Assembly: GCA_051748045.1 (NCBI GenBank)
Contig: JBNJGY010000004.1
Span: forward strand, 1 to 64,000
Direction of reading: 5' to 3'
DNA from: Thermotogota bacterium
GTDB taxonomy: Bacteria > Thermotogota > Thermotogae > Petrotogales > Petrotogaceae
Length of the DNA: 64,000 bases
Both the position numbers and the translations under genes were made by a program. Under the pieces are notes generated by a model, which was not told the DNA's origin, made no database searches, and saw nothing but the letters and a program-made list of their open reading frames with translations. This document shows positions 18,345 through 29,526 of this stretch, in pieces. Each line of letters opens with the position of its first letter. Positions within the stretch are counted from its first letter, which is position 1.

Positions 18345-19856
18345 TTAGTCACCAATTATTCTTTCTGCTTTTTCGTATTCTTCTATTGTTCCTAATTCTT
18401 TAATATAACCTACAACAACATCTGCAACTACATAACCTGTATCATAACCATTTTTATCTTCTAGCATTTCGTATCCGTCTCCACCAGAAGCCATATAGTT
18501 ATTTGTTACTACATCATATGTTTTATCCATTTCAAGTGGAACTCCATTAACTTTTATATTCATTGCTTTTTCATCTTCAATTTTAAAAGTCATACCAGCA
18601 ACATGTAGTTTTGATCCTTGTCCGTCAGGTATTGTAGCAGCGTAATCAGCAACAGCTTTTAAATCTGAACCTTTAAGTTTAACTGTATAAGCTGTATTAC
18701 CAAAAGGTAGAACGGTTAATATATCTCTATAAGTTATTTTTCCTTCGCTTATAGAAGCTCTTATTCCGCCACCATTTTGAAGTGCAACATCAGCATCTGT
18801 TTTCCATAATAATGCATCAGTAATTAAATGACCTAAATTTGTTTCTCCGCTTCTTACATCTTCTCTTTCTCCATTTAATGTTACTTCAGTTGTTCCTACT
18901 TCTTTATCTAATTCTTCAGCACCCATTTCTTTGTAAGTATCTGCTACCATTTTTATAAATGGGTCTTCTTTTATAGAGCTATCTATCTTAATTTGTTGTG
19001 AATCCCAATCTACTATTCTTCCATTTTCAATCCAAAGGTCAATTCTACCTAAATATTTTCCTAAATCACCTGATGAACTTAAAATTGTACTATTTAATAC
19101 TTTTGCTTCTTCGAACAAAGTATGTGAATGTCCATCAATTAATACTTCTATATTTGAAAAATCTTCAGCAATTTCATTAGAAGAGGTATATCCTACTGGT
19201 AATCTTGGTTCTTTTCCTTCTTCATAATATCCTAAATGGCCTAACACAATTTGAATGTCTGTTTTTTCTTCTAATTCTGGCATATATTCTTTAACAGCGT
19301 AATATGCTGATTCTATAGAATTATTTTCTAAATATAGTGGTTCTAAAACATTTGTTTGTTCTGTAGTGAGGCCTAGAATACCTACGCTATATTCTCCAAG
19401 GTCTTTTACAACATAAGGTTTAAAAATAGGAAATAGGTTTCTATCTACAAAATTTGCACTTATAAATGGAAAACCTGCAACTCTTGATTGCATCTTCAAT
19501 GTATCAAGATCAACATCAAATTCATGATTTCCTAAAACCATAGCATCTGTACCCATATAATGTAAAGTTGCAAAATCTGGTACTGCATCTAATAAATCTG
19601 ATTCTGGTACGCCTGTATTTACGTCACCTGCATGTAAAAATAATACATCTCCACCTTCAGATTCAACTTCAGCTCTAGCTTCGTTTATTACTGTAGCAAT
19701 TCTTGCAAATCCTCCGATGTCAGGATCACCATAAACATCAAAAGGCCATACATTACCATGAGTGTCATTAACATGGAATATTACTAAGTGTTGAGGTGCA
19801 GCGAAAACAGAAATAATAAATAACAAGCCTAACAAAATACCGAGATATCTTTTCAC
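18345..19856 (-). CDS. Secreted 5'-nucleotidase / UDP-sugar hydrolase family protein
   Basis: Signal peptide; NDTHG, AGD, GNHEFD, GHSH, NGGGIR and LPFGN motifs. Confidence 0.93.
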   Translation of the reverse strand: MKRYLGILLGLLFIISVFAAPQHLVIFHVNDTHGNVWPFDVYGDPDIGGFARIATVINEARAEVESEGGDVLFLHAGDVNTGVPESDLLDAVPDFATLHYMGTDAMVLGNHEFDVDLDTLKMQSRVAGFPFISANFVDRNLFPIFKPYVVKDLGEYSVGILGLTTEQTNVLEPLYLENNSIESAYYAVKEYMPELEEKTDIQIVLGHLGYYEEGKEPRLPVGYTSSNEIAEDFSNIEVLIDGHSHTLFEEAKVLNSTILSSSGDLGKYLGRIDLWIENGRIVDWDSQQIKIDSSIKEDPFIKMVADTYKEMGAEELDKEVGTTEVTLNGEREDVRSGETNLGHLITDALLWKTDADVALQNGGGIRASISEGKITYRDILTVLPFGNTAYTVKLKGSDLKAVADYAATIPDGQGSKLHVAGMTFKIEDEKAMNIKVNGVPLEMDKTYDVVTNNYMASGGDGYEMLEDKNGYDTGYVVADVVVGYIKELGTIEEYEKAERIIGD

Positions 19857-19913
19857 AAAAATCCCCTCCTTGATTGAAATTAAAATTTAGTGTACTACTA
19901 TTTTATCATTTTT

Positions 19914-20789
19914 TTACTTTAATTTAAACACCAATTCTCCAATTTCAACATTTAAATTTTTTGCTATGCTTTTACATTTTGTCGTTAAAATAAAAAACAC
20001 TTTGTTATAATCATCATCCATACCCTCATAATTTCCTTGTCCTTTAGATATAACAATATCAGAACTCTCAAAAATATTTTTAAAATCTACATTTGTTTTT
20101 TCTAATATAGTCCCTGGATATATAGATCCGCTTTCAAGTGGAATAGAAACTTCTTTCATATTAACTTCAACAATATCTTTCATTGTAGCATCATTAATTA
20201 TAGGTCTACTCCTAACAGCAGAGTGTATTACTAAATTAGGATATTTATTTTTCAGTACCTTTATTAAAATTTTATCCAAAACTATCTCACCAGCATTATC
20301 ATGAATGAATAATAATTTATTAGCCTTTTCAATTTTTTCTTCAAATTTATTATAATCATCTATTGCGAAGTCTCTACTTTTTGTTAAATTCTCTATTTCC
20401 CATTCTAATTCACCAAAATAATTTTTTATTCCAAAATCTAATAAATTACTAAAAGCTGATAATTTAAAAGCAGTACGCACTGGGTCTTCTGTTGAAAAAC
20501 AAAAATCCACTAAATCCTCATACATTTCTAAGAACATTTGATTCGCATTTGTTTTTTCATTTTCAAAAAAATCTTTTTCTTCAGAAAACTCATAGAATTT
20601 GTCGTAGATTATTGAGGATAGTTCAATAGGTTTCATTCCATATTCAGATTTTTGAGATAAGTGCTTTACTATTTCTTTGTATTTTTCAAATGATTCTTTT
20701 TCAGAATATTCAAGTTCCTTTGATAATTTATCAATAAGCTTTTGAGCATGATCACAAACACAGTTAATACATTCATATTGTGCATACAT
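19914..20789 (-). CDS. DUF89/ARMT1-like damage-control phosphatase
   Basis: N-terminal CxxC, NLLDFG, DNAGE, INDAT and KGQGNYE motifs. Start at ATG 20789 after AAGGAG. Confidence 0.88.
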   Translation of the reverse strand: MYAQYECINCVCDHAQKLIDKLSKELEYSEKESFEKYKEIVKHLSQKSEYGMKPIELSSIIYDKFYEFSEEKDFFENEKTNANQMFLEMYEDLVDFCFSTEDPVRTAFKLSAFSNLLDFGIKNYFGELEWEIENLTKSRDFAIDDYNKFEEKIEKANKLLFIHDNAGEIVLDKILIKVLKNKYPNLVIHSAVRSRPIINDATMKDIVEVNMKEVSIPLESGSIYPGTILEKTNVDFKNIFESSDIVISKGQGNYEGMDDDYNKVFFILTTKCKSIAKNLNVEIGELVFKLK

Positions 20790-21060
20790 TTTATTCACTC
20801 CTTAAAATATCTTTTGTTTTTTCAATGATGATTATAACTCAAAAAAATTAAGTCAATATTTGTTTTATTATCTTTATTAAAGGATTGTGTTAACTTTACT
20901 TTTCCTATTAACCTATCAATTGATACATTTATATCAAAATTTACAAAGAATTAAATCAAATATTTATTTAGAATTCAAGATTAATTGAGGTTACATATGA
21001 TATAATACTTTGGGTAATTTTAATTATTATCTATATCTAAGAAGTTGTAACTTTATTTTA

Positions 21061-21090
21061 TTGACATTAAAACATTTTTATGTTTATAAT
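21061..21090 (+). promoter_or_regulatory. Consensus sigma70 promoter of the rpmH operon
   Basis: TTGACA-N18-TATAAT. Confidence 0.8.
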
Positions 21091-21129
21091 CTATGTTGAG
21101 AAAATTCTACAAAACCAGGAGGTATTCAA

Positions 21130-21264
21130 ATGAAAAGAACATATCAACCATCAAGAAGAAAAAGAAAGAGAACACACGGATTTTTAGCTAGAAAGAAAAC
21201 ATCCGGCGGAAAAAATGTTATAAAAAGAAGAAGAAGTAAAGGAAGAAAGAGACTTTCTGTATAA
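21130..21264 (+). CDS. rpmH: 50S ribosomal protein L34
   Basis: Too short for the ORF track. [44 protein letters not shown], with AGGAGG SD. The stop overlaps the rnpA ATG. Confidence 0.98.
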   Translation: MKRTYQPSRRKRKRTHGFLARKKTSGGKNVIKRRRSKGRKRLSV

Positions 21265-21617
21265 TGGTCTCTCAAAAATTTGAGAAAAATGAACGTCTGA
21301 GACTTAGAAATGATTTCAAAAAACTTTTTGATTCAAAAGGAAGAGCGGTCAATTCATATTTTGTTCTTGTTTTCAGGAAAAATGATCTTGAATACAGTCG
21401 AATTGCCGTATCTATAAAAAAAAAGTTTGGAAAAGCTGTTCTAAGAAATAAATTAAGAAGACAAATCAAGGAAATTTATAGAACTAATAAACAAAATTTT
21501 CCTCAAGGTTATGATTTTTTATTTATTCCAAGAAAAGCTCTTTCTAATATTTATAAAAATGTAGACTACTCTGATATCAAAAACATGATTTTTGATACTG
21601 TAAGGAAAGTGAAATAA
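21264..21617 (+). CDS. rnpA: RNase P protein component
   Basis: [25 protein letters not shown] (RNR-like motif) and synteny. Confidence 0.95.
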   Translation: MVSQKFEKNERLRLRNDFKKLFDSKGRAVNSYFVLVFRKNDLEYSRIAVSIKKKFGKAVLRNKLRRQIKEIYRTNKQNFPQGYDFLFIPRKALSNIYKNVDYSDIKNMIFDTVRKVK

Positions 21618-21898
21618 TGAAGTATATTCTACTAGGTATTATTAAGTTTTATCAAAAAGTCATTTCTCCATTAAAACAACCTACATGTAGATTTTATCCA
21701 ACATGTTCTGCTTATTCATATGAAGCAGTTAATAAATTTGGGTTTTTTAAAGGAGGCTATTTAAGTCTCAGACGAATTTTTAGTTGTCATCCTTTTAACG
21801 AAGGAGGAATTGACCCGGTACCCGAGGAATTCCATTTTATAGTCAAAAATGGCTCGAAAAATAATAACGAAGAAAACAAAAGGGGTGTAAAGAATTGA
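21617..21898 (+). CDS. yidD: Membrane protein insertion efficiency factor
   Basis: [30 protein letters not shown]. Confidence 0.95.
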   Translation: MKYILLGIIKFYQKVISPLKQPTCRFYPTCSAYSYEAVNKFGFFKGGYLSLRRIFSCHPFNEGGIDPVPEEFHFIVKNGSKNNNEENKRGVKN

Positions 21899-23250
21899 AA
21901 AAGCAACTCTTAATAATAGGACTTATTGTCCTAAGTATTTTTACATTTGCTATTCCAGATGTTGAGATTTCTGAAAATTCTACAAGTATTAATTTACAAA
22001 CAAGAATTTTTGATTTGACGATGGATAAACAAGGTCATTTATTAGATTATTCAATTGTTGAATTTAGAACAAAAGAATACAAATTAATATATTCTTATGC
22101 AAAAGATAGTTTTGATTTAATAAATCCTGAAACTGATGAAGAAATTCTTCCTGTAGATTACGAAATATCTGTTCCAGAAAATCAGGAATATGTAGATATT
22201 TTTTATTTTTTTGAAGGAAATGGTTTCAAAAAATACAGATTTTTTAATGACGCAAATTTCCATTTTGAAGTTGAATTCGTTGACGTTGAAGGAATGGTAA
22301 CCTTACCAACTATTTCTTATAGACCTGGTATTAGAAAAATGGAATCCACTATGGTTTCATTTATAGAAGAAATACCTAATACTGGTGAAAATTTAGACGC
22401 GTTAGTAGCTGTTGAAGCAGCGTCGCAAATAGATGAAGAATTGAGATATGAAACAAGAGGCAGAACAGTATCAGAAATATATATGGGACCTTTAAAAAGA
22501 ACTTTCATGAGTGAAGTTTTTCCTGAAGAAACCTATGATAGAATTTCTGCTCTATTGGATGAATTAGGTGCTTATGGATTTATTTCAAATATTTTCTACT
22601 GGTTTGTTTATTTCCTTTGGTGGTTAAATGGCCTTACGGGTAATTTCGGATGGGCTATAATCATATTCACAGTTATAATTAGATTAGCTTTATATCCTCT
22701 TTATCATAAACAACAAAAATCAATGATTAAAATGAGAGAAATACAACCGGAAGTCGAAAAATTAAAGAAAAAATATAAAAATGCTCAAAAATTGCAAGAA
22801 GAAACTATGAAAATGTACAAAGAAAAAAACGTTAACCCAATGGGTGGTTGCTTACCAACTATTATTCAATTACCTGTTTTTATAGTTTTATGGCAAACTA
22901 TACAATATTTTGGAGAAGCTTTTGCTTATAATCCTAGATTTTTATTATGGTCAGATTTATCTGAAGGTGGATTTGGAACAAATTTCATATTCATTTTAAT
23001 TTCTTTAGGAGCTTATTTAGCAATTGCATTACTATCAGCACAAAATTCGAAAATGGCTTGGCAACAAATCGCTATGTCAACTATTTTCCCATTATTATTA
23101 AGTGGTTTACCTGCAGGTGTTTTCTTGTATTACACATCAAATGCTTTAATACAACTTATAATAACTTTCTATAATAATAAAAGAAACGGTGTAAAAGGTA
23201 TAGGTTTCAGAGAATTGTTTGGATTAGGCCCTAAACCTGTCAGGAGGTGA
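21895..23250 (+). CDS. yidC: Membrane protein insertase YidC
   Basis: [24 protein letters not shown] and GVFLYY motifs. TTG start. Confidence 0.95.
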   Translation: MKKQLLIIGLIVLSIFTFAIPDVEISENSTSINLQTRIFDLTMDKQGHLLDYSIVEFRTKEYKLIYSYAKDSFDLINPETDEEILPVDYEISVPENQEYVDIFYFFEGNGFKKYRFFNDANFHFEVEFVDVEGMVTLPTISYRPGIRKMESTMVSFIEEIPNTGENLDALVAVEAASQIDEELRYETRGRTVSEIYMGPLKRTFMSEVFPEETYDRISALLDELGAYGFISNIFYWFVYFLWWLNGLTGNFGWAIIIFTVIIRLALYPLYHKQQKSMIKMREIQPEVEKLKKKYKNAQKLQEETMKMYKEKNVNPMGGCLPTIIQLPVFIVLWQTIQYFGEAFAYNPRFLLWSDLSEGGFGTNFIFILISLGAYLAIALLSAQNSKMAWQQIAMSTIFPLLLSGLPAGVFLYYTSNALIQLIITFYNNKRNGVKGIGFRELFGLGPKPVRR

Positions 23251-23258
23251 CAAGATTT

Positions 23259-23909
23259 ATGTTAAAATTACAGTCTAAAGAGTTTACAGCTAAAACAATA
23301 GATGAAGCTTTGACTCAAGCAAAAAATGAATTCAATGTAGACGATTCTGAATTATCTTACAAGGTTAAGGAAGAAGGAACAAAAGGTTTTATATTTGGAA
23401 TAGGAAGCAAGCCATATATTTTAGATATTTATGTAAATGAAAATTTTTTAGTTAATAAGATACGAGATTTCTTAAAAGAAATTTTAGTTCATTTTGATGA
23501 AGAAATAAATTCAAACATAAAAGTTTTTGGAAAAACTATTGTTATTTATTTAGATGGAGAAGGCTTAGGAAAACTTATCGGTAAACACGGAAGAACTCTA
23601 GGAGCTTTACAACATCTAATAATGATATATATAAATAGAATGACAGACACTAAAATTGATATAAAATTAGATATAGGTGAGTATAGAAAAAAGAGAAGAA
23701 GAAAAATCGAAGAAATAGCTGAACAAGCAGCAGAAAAAGTTTTAAGAACTCATGAAAAACTTGAATTGGCTCCTATGTTTTCTTTTGAAAGAAAAACTGT
23801 ACATGAACATATAAGAAAAAATTATCCTAATTTATCTACAAAATCTGTTGGTTTAGAACCATATAGAAAAGTAGTTATTTTAGATCAACACAAAGAGTTT
23901 ACAAATTAA
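23259..23909 (+). CDS. jag: Jag/EloR (KhpB) RNA-binding protein
   Basis: Jag_N domain, KH domain (LIGKHGRTLGALQ) and R3H domain (ERKTVH). ATG after AGGAGG. Confidence 0.93.
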   Translation: MLKLQSKEFTAKTIDEALTQAKNEFNVDDSELSYKVKEEGTKGFIFGIGSKPYILDIYVNENFLVNKIRDFLKEILVHFDEEINSNIKVFGKTIVIYLDGEGLGKLIGKHGRTLGALQHLIMIYINRMTDTKIDIKLDIGEYRKKRRRKIEEIAEQAAEKVLRTHEKLELAPMFSFERKTVHEHIRKNYPNLSTKSVGLEPYRKVVILDQHKEFTN

Positions 23910-23929
23910 TCTATTAAAGAGGTGATTTT

Positions 23930-24292
23930 ATGAATAAGAAGGTTATTGTAGAAAAAGCTGATAATGTGACACCTCAAATATTTAATAATGAGAAAGTAAA
24001 AAATGTTGAAAAAAGAATCTTGATCGGAAGTAAATTAGAAGCACCAAATTTTTTTATGAGGTTATTTACTGTAAAAAAAGGTGGACATTCTCCAAAACAT
24101 AGTCATCACTGGGAACATGAAGTTTTTATTGTAAAAGGAAAAGCTGAAGTTTTTAATGGTGAAAAATATGTTCAAGCAGAAGAAGGTTCGTTTGTTTTTG
24201 TCCCCCCAAATATTGAACATCAATTTAAAAATGTTGGAGAAGGAGATTTGCAATTTATTTGTGTAATACCTAATTCAGCAGATGAAGAATAA
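23930..24292 (+). CDS. Cupin-domain protein
   Basis: HSHHWEHE and PPNIEHQFKN motifs. Confidence 0.88.
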   Translation: MNKKVIVEKADNVTPQIFNNEKVKNVEKRILIGSKLEAPNFFMRLFTVKKGGHSPKHSHHWEHEVFIVKGKAEVFNGEKYVQAEEGSFVFVPPNIEHQFKNVGEGDLQFICVIPNSADEE

Positions 24293-24300
24293 AAATTATA

Positions 24301-24326
24301 AAAAGAGGCTTAGGCCTCTTTTTTTT
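24301..24326 (+). terminator. Terminator of the rpmH...cupin operon
   Basis: aaaagaggc-ttag-gcctctttt followed by a T-tract. Confidence 0.88.
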
Positions 24327-24392
24327 ATAGTTGTAGCTATGTTATAATTATATTAATGATATAATATTTTATTAACATAGCAGGAGGGGTAA

Positions 24393-25373
24393 ATGGATAC
24401 TTTAGAAATCATAACTTTAAAAGAAGTTTATAAAAAATCTAATGATGAAATAATAAACATCATTGAAAGAGGTGTTAGACCTAATTTATTTGAAAAAGAT
24501 TTTGAAAATAAAAAGAAAATGATTTTCAAAATCCTAAACAAATCAAAAGATTATTCTATTTTGACTTATTGGGACGAAGAGTATCCACAAGAACTTAAAA
24601 ATATTGTGGATCCACCTGTTATTCTCTACTATAAAGGGAGTTTAGATTTATTTAAAACGAAAAAAGTCTCTGTAGTAGGTACTAGAAAACCTTCACAATA
24701 TGGTAAAAATATTTGTACTGATATTGTAAAAATACTTGAAGACTACACCATTGTTTCGGGTATGGCTTATGGAATTGATTCAATTTCACACAGAAACGCT
24801 AAGAAAACCATAGCTGTTTTAGGTACAGGTATCGACGTTATTTTTCCAAAAACAAATGAAGATTTGTATAATAGAATAACTCAAGAAGGATTAATATTAT
24901 CAGAATATATGCCAGGAACTCCAGGGATGAAACATCAATTCCCTGCTAGAAATAGGATTATAGCAGCTTTATCAGATAAAACCATCGTTGTTGAAGCTGC
25001 TAAAAGAAGTGGTTCGTTAATAACAGCAAGATTTGCTCTAGACTTTGGGAAAGACGTATTAGCCGTTCCAGGTGATGTCACCAGGTTTAACTCATATGGA
25101 ACAAATTTTTTAATTTATAATGGTGCAACACCCATAATATCACTCGAAGTTTTAAAAGAACTTTTCAATATAAATGAAATGAGGATGAAAATAGATAATC
25201 TACCAGAAAAATCCAAAAAAATAATTTCTTTGATAAAAAAGGGTGAAAACACAGCTGAAAAAATAAGTTATTTTATGAATGAAGATATATCAAATATACT
25301 TACTTCATTAATGGAGTTAGAAATTGACGGAAGAATAAAACAAGAAAATGGAAGTTATAATTTAGTATTTTAA
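24393..25373 (+). CDS. dprA: DNA-processing protein DprA
   Basis: VVGTRKPS, VSGMAYGID, FPARNRII and EAAKRSGSLITA motifs; C-terminal winged helix. Confidence 0.95.
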   Translation: MDTLEIITLKEVYKKSNDEIINIIERGVRPNLFEKDFENKKKMIFKILNKSKDYSILTYWDEEYPQELKNIVDPPVILYYKGSLDLFKTKKVSVVGTRKPSQYGKNICTDIVKILEDYTIVSGMAYGIDSISHRNAKKTIAVLGTGIDVIFPKTNEDLYNRITQEGLILSEYMPGTPGMKHQFPARNRIIAALSDKTIVVEAAKRSGSLITARFALDFGKDVLAVPGDVTRFNSYGTNFLIYNGATPIISLEVLKELFNINEMRMKIDNLPEKSKKIISLIKKGENTAEKISYFMNEDISNILTSLMELEIDGRIKQENGSYNLVF

Positions 25374-25511
25374 TTATTTATTTTTTGTTAAAAAAGTAAA
25401 TTAATCTTTAATCACCCTATATGATATAATATAATTGAATTAAGAGAATTATTAGAATATTTTAATATAATCAACAATAATCTTGTATATATGCTTACGG
25501 GGAGGATTTTT

Positions 25512-27683
25512 ATGGCTATTTTGAGTCAACAAGAAATTTATAATTTAACTAACGGAAATTTCCATGATCCTTATATGTATTTGGGAATGCACAAATACAA
25601 AAAAGGAATAGTAATTAGGACCATACAACCATTTGCAAAAGAAATAAAAGTTACCTCAAGAAAATTTAGAAGAAATATGGAAAAAATTGATGATTCTGGA
25701 TTGTTTGAATTGTATATACCAGATGTTGGAATGGTAAATTATAAATTTAAATGCAAAGATAACCAAGGAAATGAATGGGTAGTCGTAGACCCTTATAGTT
25801 TTTTGCCTGTTATTTCTGAGTATGATAGACACCTTTTCAACGAAGGAAATCATTATCAAATATATGATAAATTAGGTTCTCACAATATGAAAATAGATGG
25901 GCATAAAGGTACTCTCTTTGCTGTTTGGGCTCCAAACGCTAAAAGGGTTTCAGTAGTAGGAAACTTTAATAATTGGGACGGAAGAGTACATCAAATGAGA
26001 ATGTTAGGTTCTTCGGGTATTTGGGAAATATTTATTCCTAATTTATCCGAAGGTGATCTTTATAAATATGAAATTAAAACAAAAAATGATGATCTTTTGT
26101 TAAAAATAGACCCTTATGCAAACTTTTTTGAAAAAAGACCCAACCACGCTTCAAGAATTTATGATTTAGAAGGTAAACATATTTGGGAAGATGAAGAATG
26201 GATAACCAAAAGAGAAAACACGAATTGGCATGAAGAACCTATGAGTATATACGAAGTACATTTGAATTCTTGGATGAAAACTGAAAATGATGAATTTTTG
26301 AATTATAGAGATATAGCGAAAAACTTAGCAAAATATTGTAAAAATAATGGATTTACACATATTGAACTTATGCCTGTAGCAGAACATCCTCTTGATATGT
26401 CTTGGGGGTATCAAGTAACAGGATACTTCGCTCCTACAAGCCGATTTGGTTCCCCAGAAGATTTTATGTCTTTTGTTGATATTTTACACAAAAATGATAT
26501 TGGAATTATACTAGACTGGGTTCCAGGACATTTTCCAAAAGACGAGCATGCTCTGGGTAGATTTGATGGAACTGCTCTATATGAACATCTAGATCCTAGA
26601 CTTGGTGAACACATTGATTGGGGAACTTATATTTTTAATTTTGGAAGAAATGAAGTTAAAAACTTTTTGATATCAAACGCTCTTTTTTGGTTGAAAAAGT
26701 TTCATATAGATGGATTGAGAGTAGATGCTGTAGCTTCTATGCTTTATTTAGATTATTCTAGAGAAGATAAAGATTGGGTACCTAACAGATTTGGCGGAAG
26801 AGAAAATTTGGAGGCTATTGAATTTTTAAAACACTTAAATACTGTAACTTACAAGTATTTTCCTGGAACATTAACTATAGCGGAAGAATCCACTGCTTTT
26901 CCTGGAGTAACTAAACCTGTTGATCTAGGAGGTTTAGGTTTTGCTATGAAATGGAACATGGGCTGGATGAACGATAGTTTAGAATACATAAAAAAAGAAC
27001 CTCTTTATAGACAATATCATCAAAACGATTTGACTTTTTCTATTATGTATGCATTTTCTGAAAACTTTATCCTTTCAATTTCTCATGATGAGGTAGTTTA
27101 TGGGAAAAAATCTTTAGTTGATAAAATGCCTGGAGATGACTGGCAAAAGTTTGCAAACTTAAGACTATATTTATCTTACATGTATGCACATCCTGGGAAG
27201 AAACTATTGTTCATGGGTCAAGAATTTGGCCAATGGAAAGAATGGGATTATGAACATTCACTTGATTGGCATATTTTAGAATATGAGAATCATAAAAAAA
27301 CCCAAAACTTTATGAGAGAATTAAACTCTTTTTACAGAAATAATGATTCTTTATATAAAATAGATTTTAATTTTGAAGGCTTCGAATGGATTGATTTTAG
27401 TGATAATGAAAACAGTGTGATATCTTTCTTAAGAAAATCAAAAAATGAGAAAATTTTATGTGTTTTCAATTTTACCCCTGTACCAAGAGATAATTATAGA
27501 ATAGGTGTACCAGAAGAAGGCAACTATGAATTAATTTTTAATTCTGATTCAAAAGATTTTTGGGGGAGTGGCTATGAAACAAAAACCGTTGTAAAATCTG
27601 AAAATATCAGATGGCAAGGAAGAAATCATTCTATAGAAACTCATCTTCCTCCTTTATCAGCAATATTTTTCAAAATAAAATAA
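25512..27683 (+). CDS. glgB: 1,4-alpha-glucan branching enzyme
   Basis: SWGYQ, DWVPGHF, RVDAVASM, AEES and SHDEVV motifs. Start at ATG 25512 after GGAGG. Confidence 0.97.
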   Translation: MAILSQQEIYNLTNGNFHDPYMYLGMHKYKKGIVIRTIQPFAKEIKVTSRKFRRNMEKIDDSGLFELYIPDVGMVNYKFKCKDNQGNEWVVVDPYSFLPVISEYDRHLFNEGNHYQIYDKLGSHNMKIDGHKGTLFAVWAPNAKRVSVVGNFNNWDGRVHQMRMLGSSGIWEIFIPNLSEGDLYKYEIKTKNDDLLLKIDPYANFFEKRPNHASRIYDLEGKHIWEDEEWITKRENTNWHEEPMSIYEVHLNSWMKTENDEFLNYRDIAKNLAKYCKNNGFTHIELMPVAEHPLDMSWGYQVTGYFAPTSRFGSPEDFMSFVDILHKNDIGIILDWVPGHFPKDEHALGRFDGTALYEHLDPRLGEHIDWGTYIFNFGRNEVKNFLISNALFWLKKFHIDGLRVDAVASMLYLDYSREDKDWVPNRFGGRENLEAIEFLKHLNTVTYKYFPGTLTIAEESTAFPGVTKPVDLGGLGFAMKWNMGWMNDSLEYIKKEPLYRQYHQNDLTFSIMYAFSENFILSISHDEVVYGKKSLVDKMPGDDWQKFANLRLYLSYMYAHPGKKLLFMGQEFGQWKEWDYEHSLDWHILEYENHKKTQNFMRELNSFYRNNDSLYKIDFNFEGFEWIDFSDNENSVISFLRKSKNEKILCVFNFTPVPRDNYRIGVPEEGNYELIFNSDSKDFWGSGYETKTVVKSENIRWQGRNHSIETHLPPLSAIFFKIK

Positions 27684-27693
27684 TCTTAACCAA

Positions 27694-27739
27694 AAAAAAC
27701 ATCTCTTACTTATTATACTTCCAGTAAGAGATGTTTTTT
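27694..27739. terminator. Bidirectional terminator
   Basis: aaaaaacatctcttact...agtaagagatgtttttt. Confidence 0.85.
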
Positions 27740-27749
27740 AGTAATCTTG

Positions 27750-28586
27750 TTAGCCTTTTACTGCACCAACAGTTAAACCATCTATGAAATATCTTTGGAA
27801 TATCAAAAATACAACTAAAGGTACAATAGCAGCTATAAGAGATGCTGCTGAAATAATATTCCAGCTAGTTACCCATTGACCTTGTAAATTTACCAATCCT
27901 AAAGTAACTGGTTTCAAATTATCTGATTGTAAAAGAATCAATCCCCAAAGATAATCATTCCAAATCCATGTAAACTCTAAGATACCTAATGCTGCCATCG
28001 CTGGCAAACAAAGAGGAAGAGCGATTTTTCTATAGAGTGTAAAATCATTAGCTCCATCCATTTTAGCAGACTCAAAAATACTTTTTGGTATTGTTATCAT
28101 AAAATTTCTCAAAAAGAAAGTACAAAACCCCAATTGAAAAGCTATATGGAATAAAATAACTCCCTGAAAGGTATCATATAACCCAGTTGATTGTGAAAAC
28201 TTATAAACTGGTATTAAAAGCATTTGAAATGGTATCAACATTCCTGCTACAAAAATTATTAAAACAATTTTAGACATTTTAAATTTATAAAAAGATAAAG
28301 CAAATGCTCCCAAGCTTGAAACAAATAACGTTCCAACTACTGAAGGAACAGTTATTATAAATGTATTTCTAAAATAAGTTTTCATATTACCTTGTTGCCA
28401 TGATTCAGCAAAATTATCCCAAACAATTTGTTGTGGTGGTTTCCACCAAGATGTTGATGACATTAATTCATCCATTGACTTTAATGAAGTAAATGTTGTT
28501 ATGAAAAATGGAATGAGCCAAACAACAACTATGAAAATAGATAATATGTAAAACATCATTTTCACTGAAAATTTTCTTTTTCTCAT
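27750..28586 (-). CDS. Carbohydrate ABC transporter permease (MalG-like)
   Basis: ESAKMDGA (EAA loop), WNDYLW and GAVKG C-terminus. Confidence 0.92.
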   Translation of the reverse strand: MRKRKFSVKMMFYILSIFIVVVWLIPFFITTFTSLKSMDELMSSTSWWKPPQQIVWDNFAESWQQGNMKTYFRNTFIITVPSVVGTLFVSSLGAFALSFYKFKMSKIVLIIFVAGMLIPFQMLLIPVYKFSQSTGLYDTFQGVILFHIAFQLGFCTFFLRNFMITIPKSIFESAKMDGANDFTLYRKIALPLCLPAMAALGILEFTWIWNDYLWGLILLQSDNLKPVTLGLVNLQGQWVTSWNIISAASLIAAIVPLVVFLIFQRYFIDGLTVGAVKG

Positions 28587-28590
28587 ATTC

Positions 28591-29466
28591 TCACTCCTCG
28601 TTTTTCATAGCATTCAATAGATATAAAATTATAAATCCAAAAGTGATAGCGAATTGAATTACTGCAATTGCAGAACCATATCCCATTCTATAGTTATTAA
28701 AAGCTTCAATATACATAAAGTTTGCTAAAACAGTTGAACTGTTAAAAGGTCCTCCTTTTGTCATAACAAAAACAATATCAAAGGCTCTAAGTGAGTCAAT
28801 AATACTTACTGTAATAGCAACTATCATAGAAGGTTTTAAAGCTGGAAGGATAACATTCCAAAATCTTTGCCATGAATTAGCTCCATCAACTATTGCTGCT
28901 TCAACTTGATCTTTACTGACATTTTTCAACCCTGCTAAAAACAAAACCATCATATAAGGAATTTGTCTCCAAATCGCTGCAAAGATTAATGAAAAAGTTA
29001 CTACTTCAGGATCAGATAACCATGGAGTTATCAAAAAATCTAGTCCCATTGCATCCAAAAATGAATTCAAAGCACCATATTGCGGTTCATATATCCAAGA
29101 CCACATTGTTCCTATTACAACAAAAGATAAAGTCATAGGCAAATATACTAAAGTTTTAAACAATTTGCTACCTTTGAATTTCATATCAAGAAGCATTGCA
29201 AATCCTAGTCCTACAGGAACAGGTATAATTATAAAAAATATAAACCATTTAATATTATTCATCAAAGCAGTTGTGAAAACTCTATCATTAAATAATGTTT
29301 TAAAATTTTCTAACCCTATAAATTCAACATTTTTGCTTAAACCATCCCAATCTGATAAGCTGTAGAAAAAAGTTCTACCTATGGGAATTATTACCCAGAC
29401 TAAATACATTATCAGGGGAACAGCTAAAAATGCCCATGGCACCCACCACTTTTTCTTAGTGAGCAT
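28591..29466 (-). CDS. Carbohydrate ABC transporter permease (MalF-like)
   Basis: EAAIVDGAN and TKGGP motifs. Confidence 0.92.
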   Translation of the reverse strand: MLTKKKWWVPWAFLAVPLIMYLVWVIIPIGRTFFYSLSDWDGLSKNVEFIGLENFKTLFNDRVFTTALMNNIKWFIFFIIIPVPVGLGFAMLLDMKFKGSKLFKTLVYLPMTLSFVVIGTMWSWIYEPQYGALNSFLDAMGLDFLITPWLSDPEVVTFSLIFAAIWRQIPYMMVLFLAGLKNVSKDQVEAAIVDGANSWQRFWNVILPALKPSMIVAITVSIIDSLRAFDIVFVMTKGGPFNSSTVLANFMYIEAFNNYRMGYGSAIAVIQFAITFGFIILYLLNAMKNEE

Positions 29467-29491
29467 AATATCACCTCATAATATTTATTCT

Positions 29492-29526
29492 TAAAAAGAG
29501 AGGGGGATTTTCTCCCCCACCTTTTT
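29492..29526 (-). terminator. Stem-loop after the solute-binding protein gene (partial terminator or mRNA stabiliser)
   Basis: ggggga-tttc-tccccc core flanked by aaaaag/cttttt. Confidence 0.6.

Noticed and set aside
20790..21129. Possible oriC upstream of rpmH
   Set aside because: No dnaA and no recognisable DnaA-box array; AT-richness alone is uninformative in this genome.
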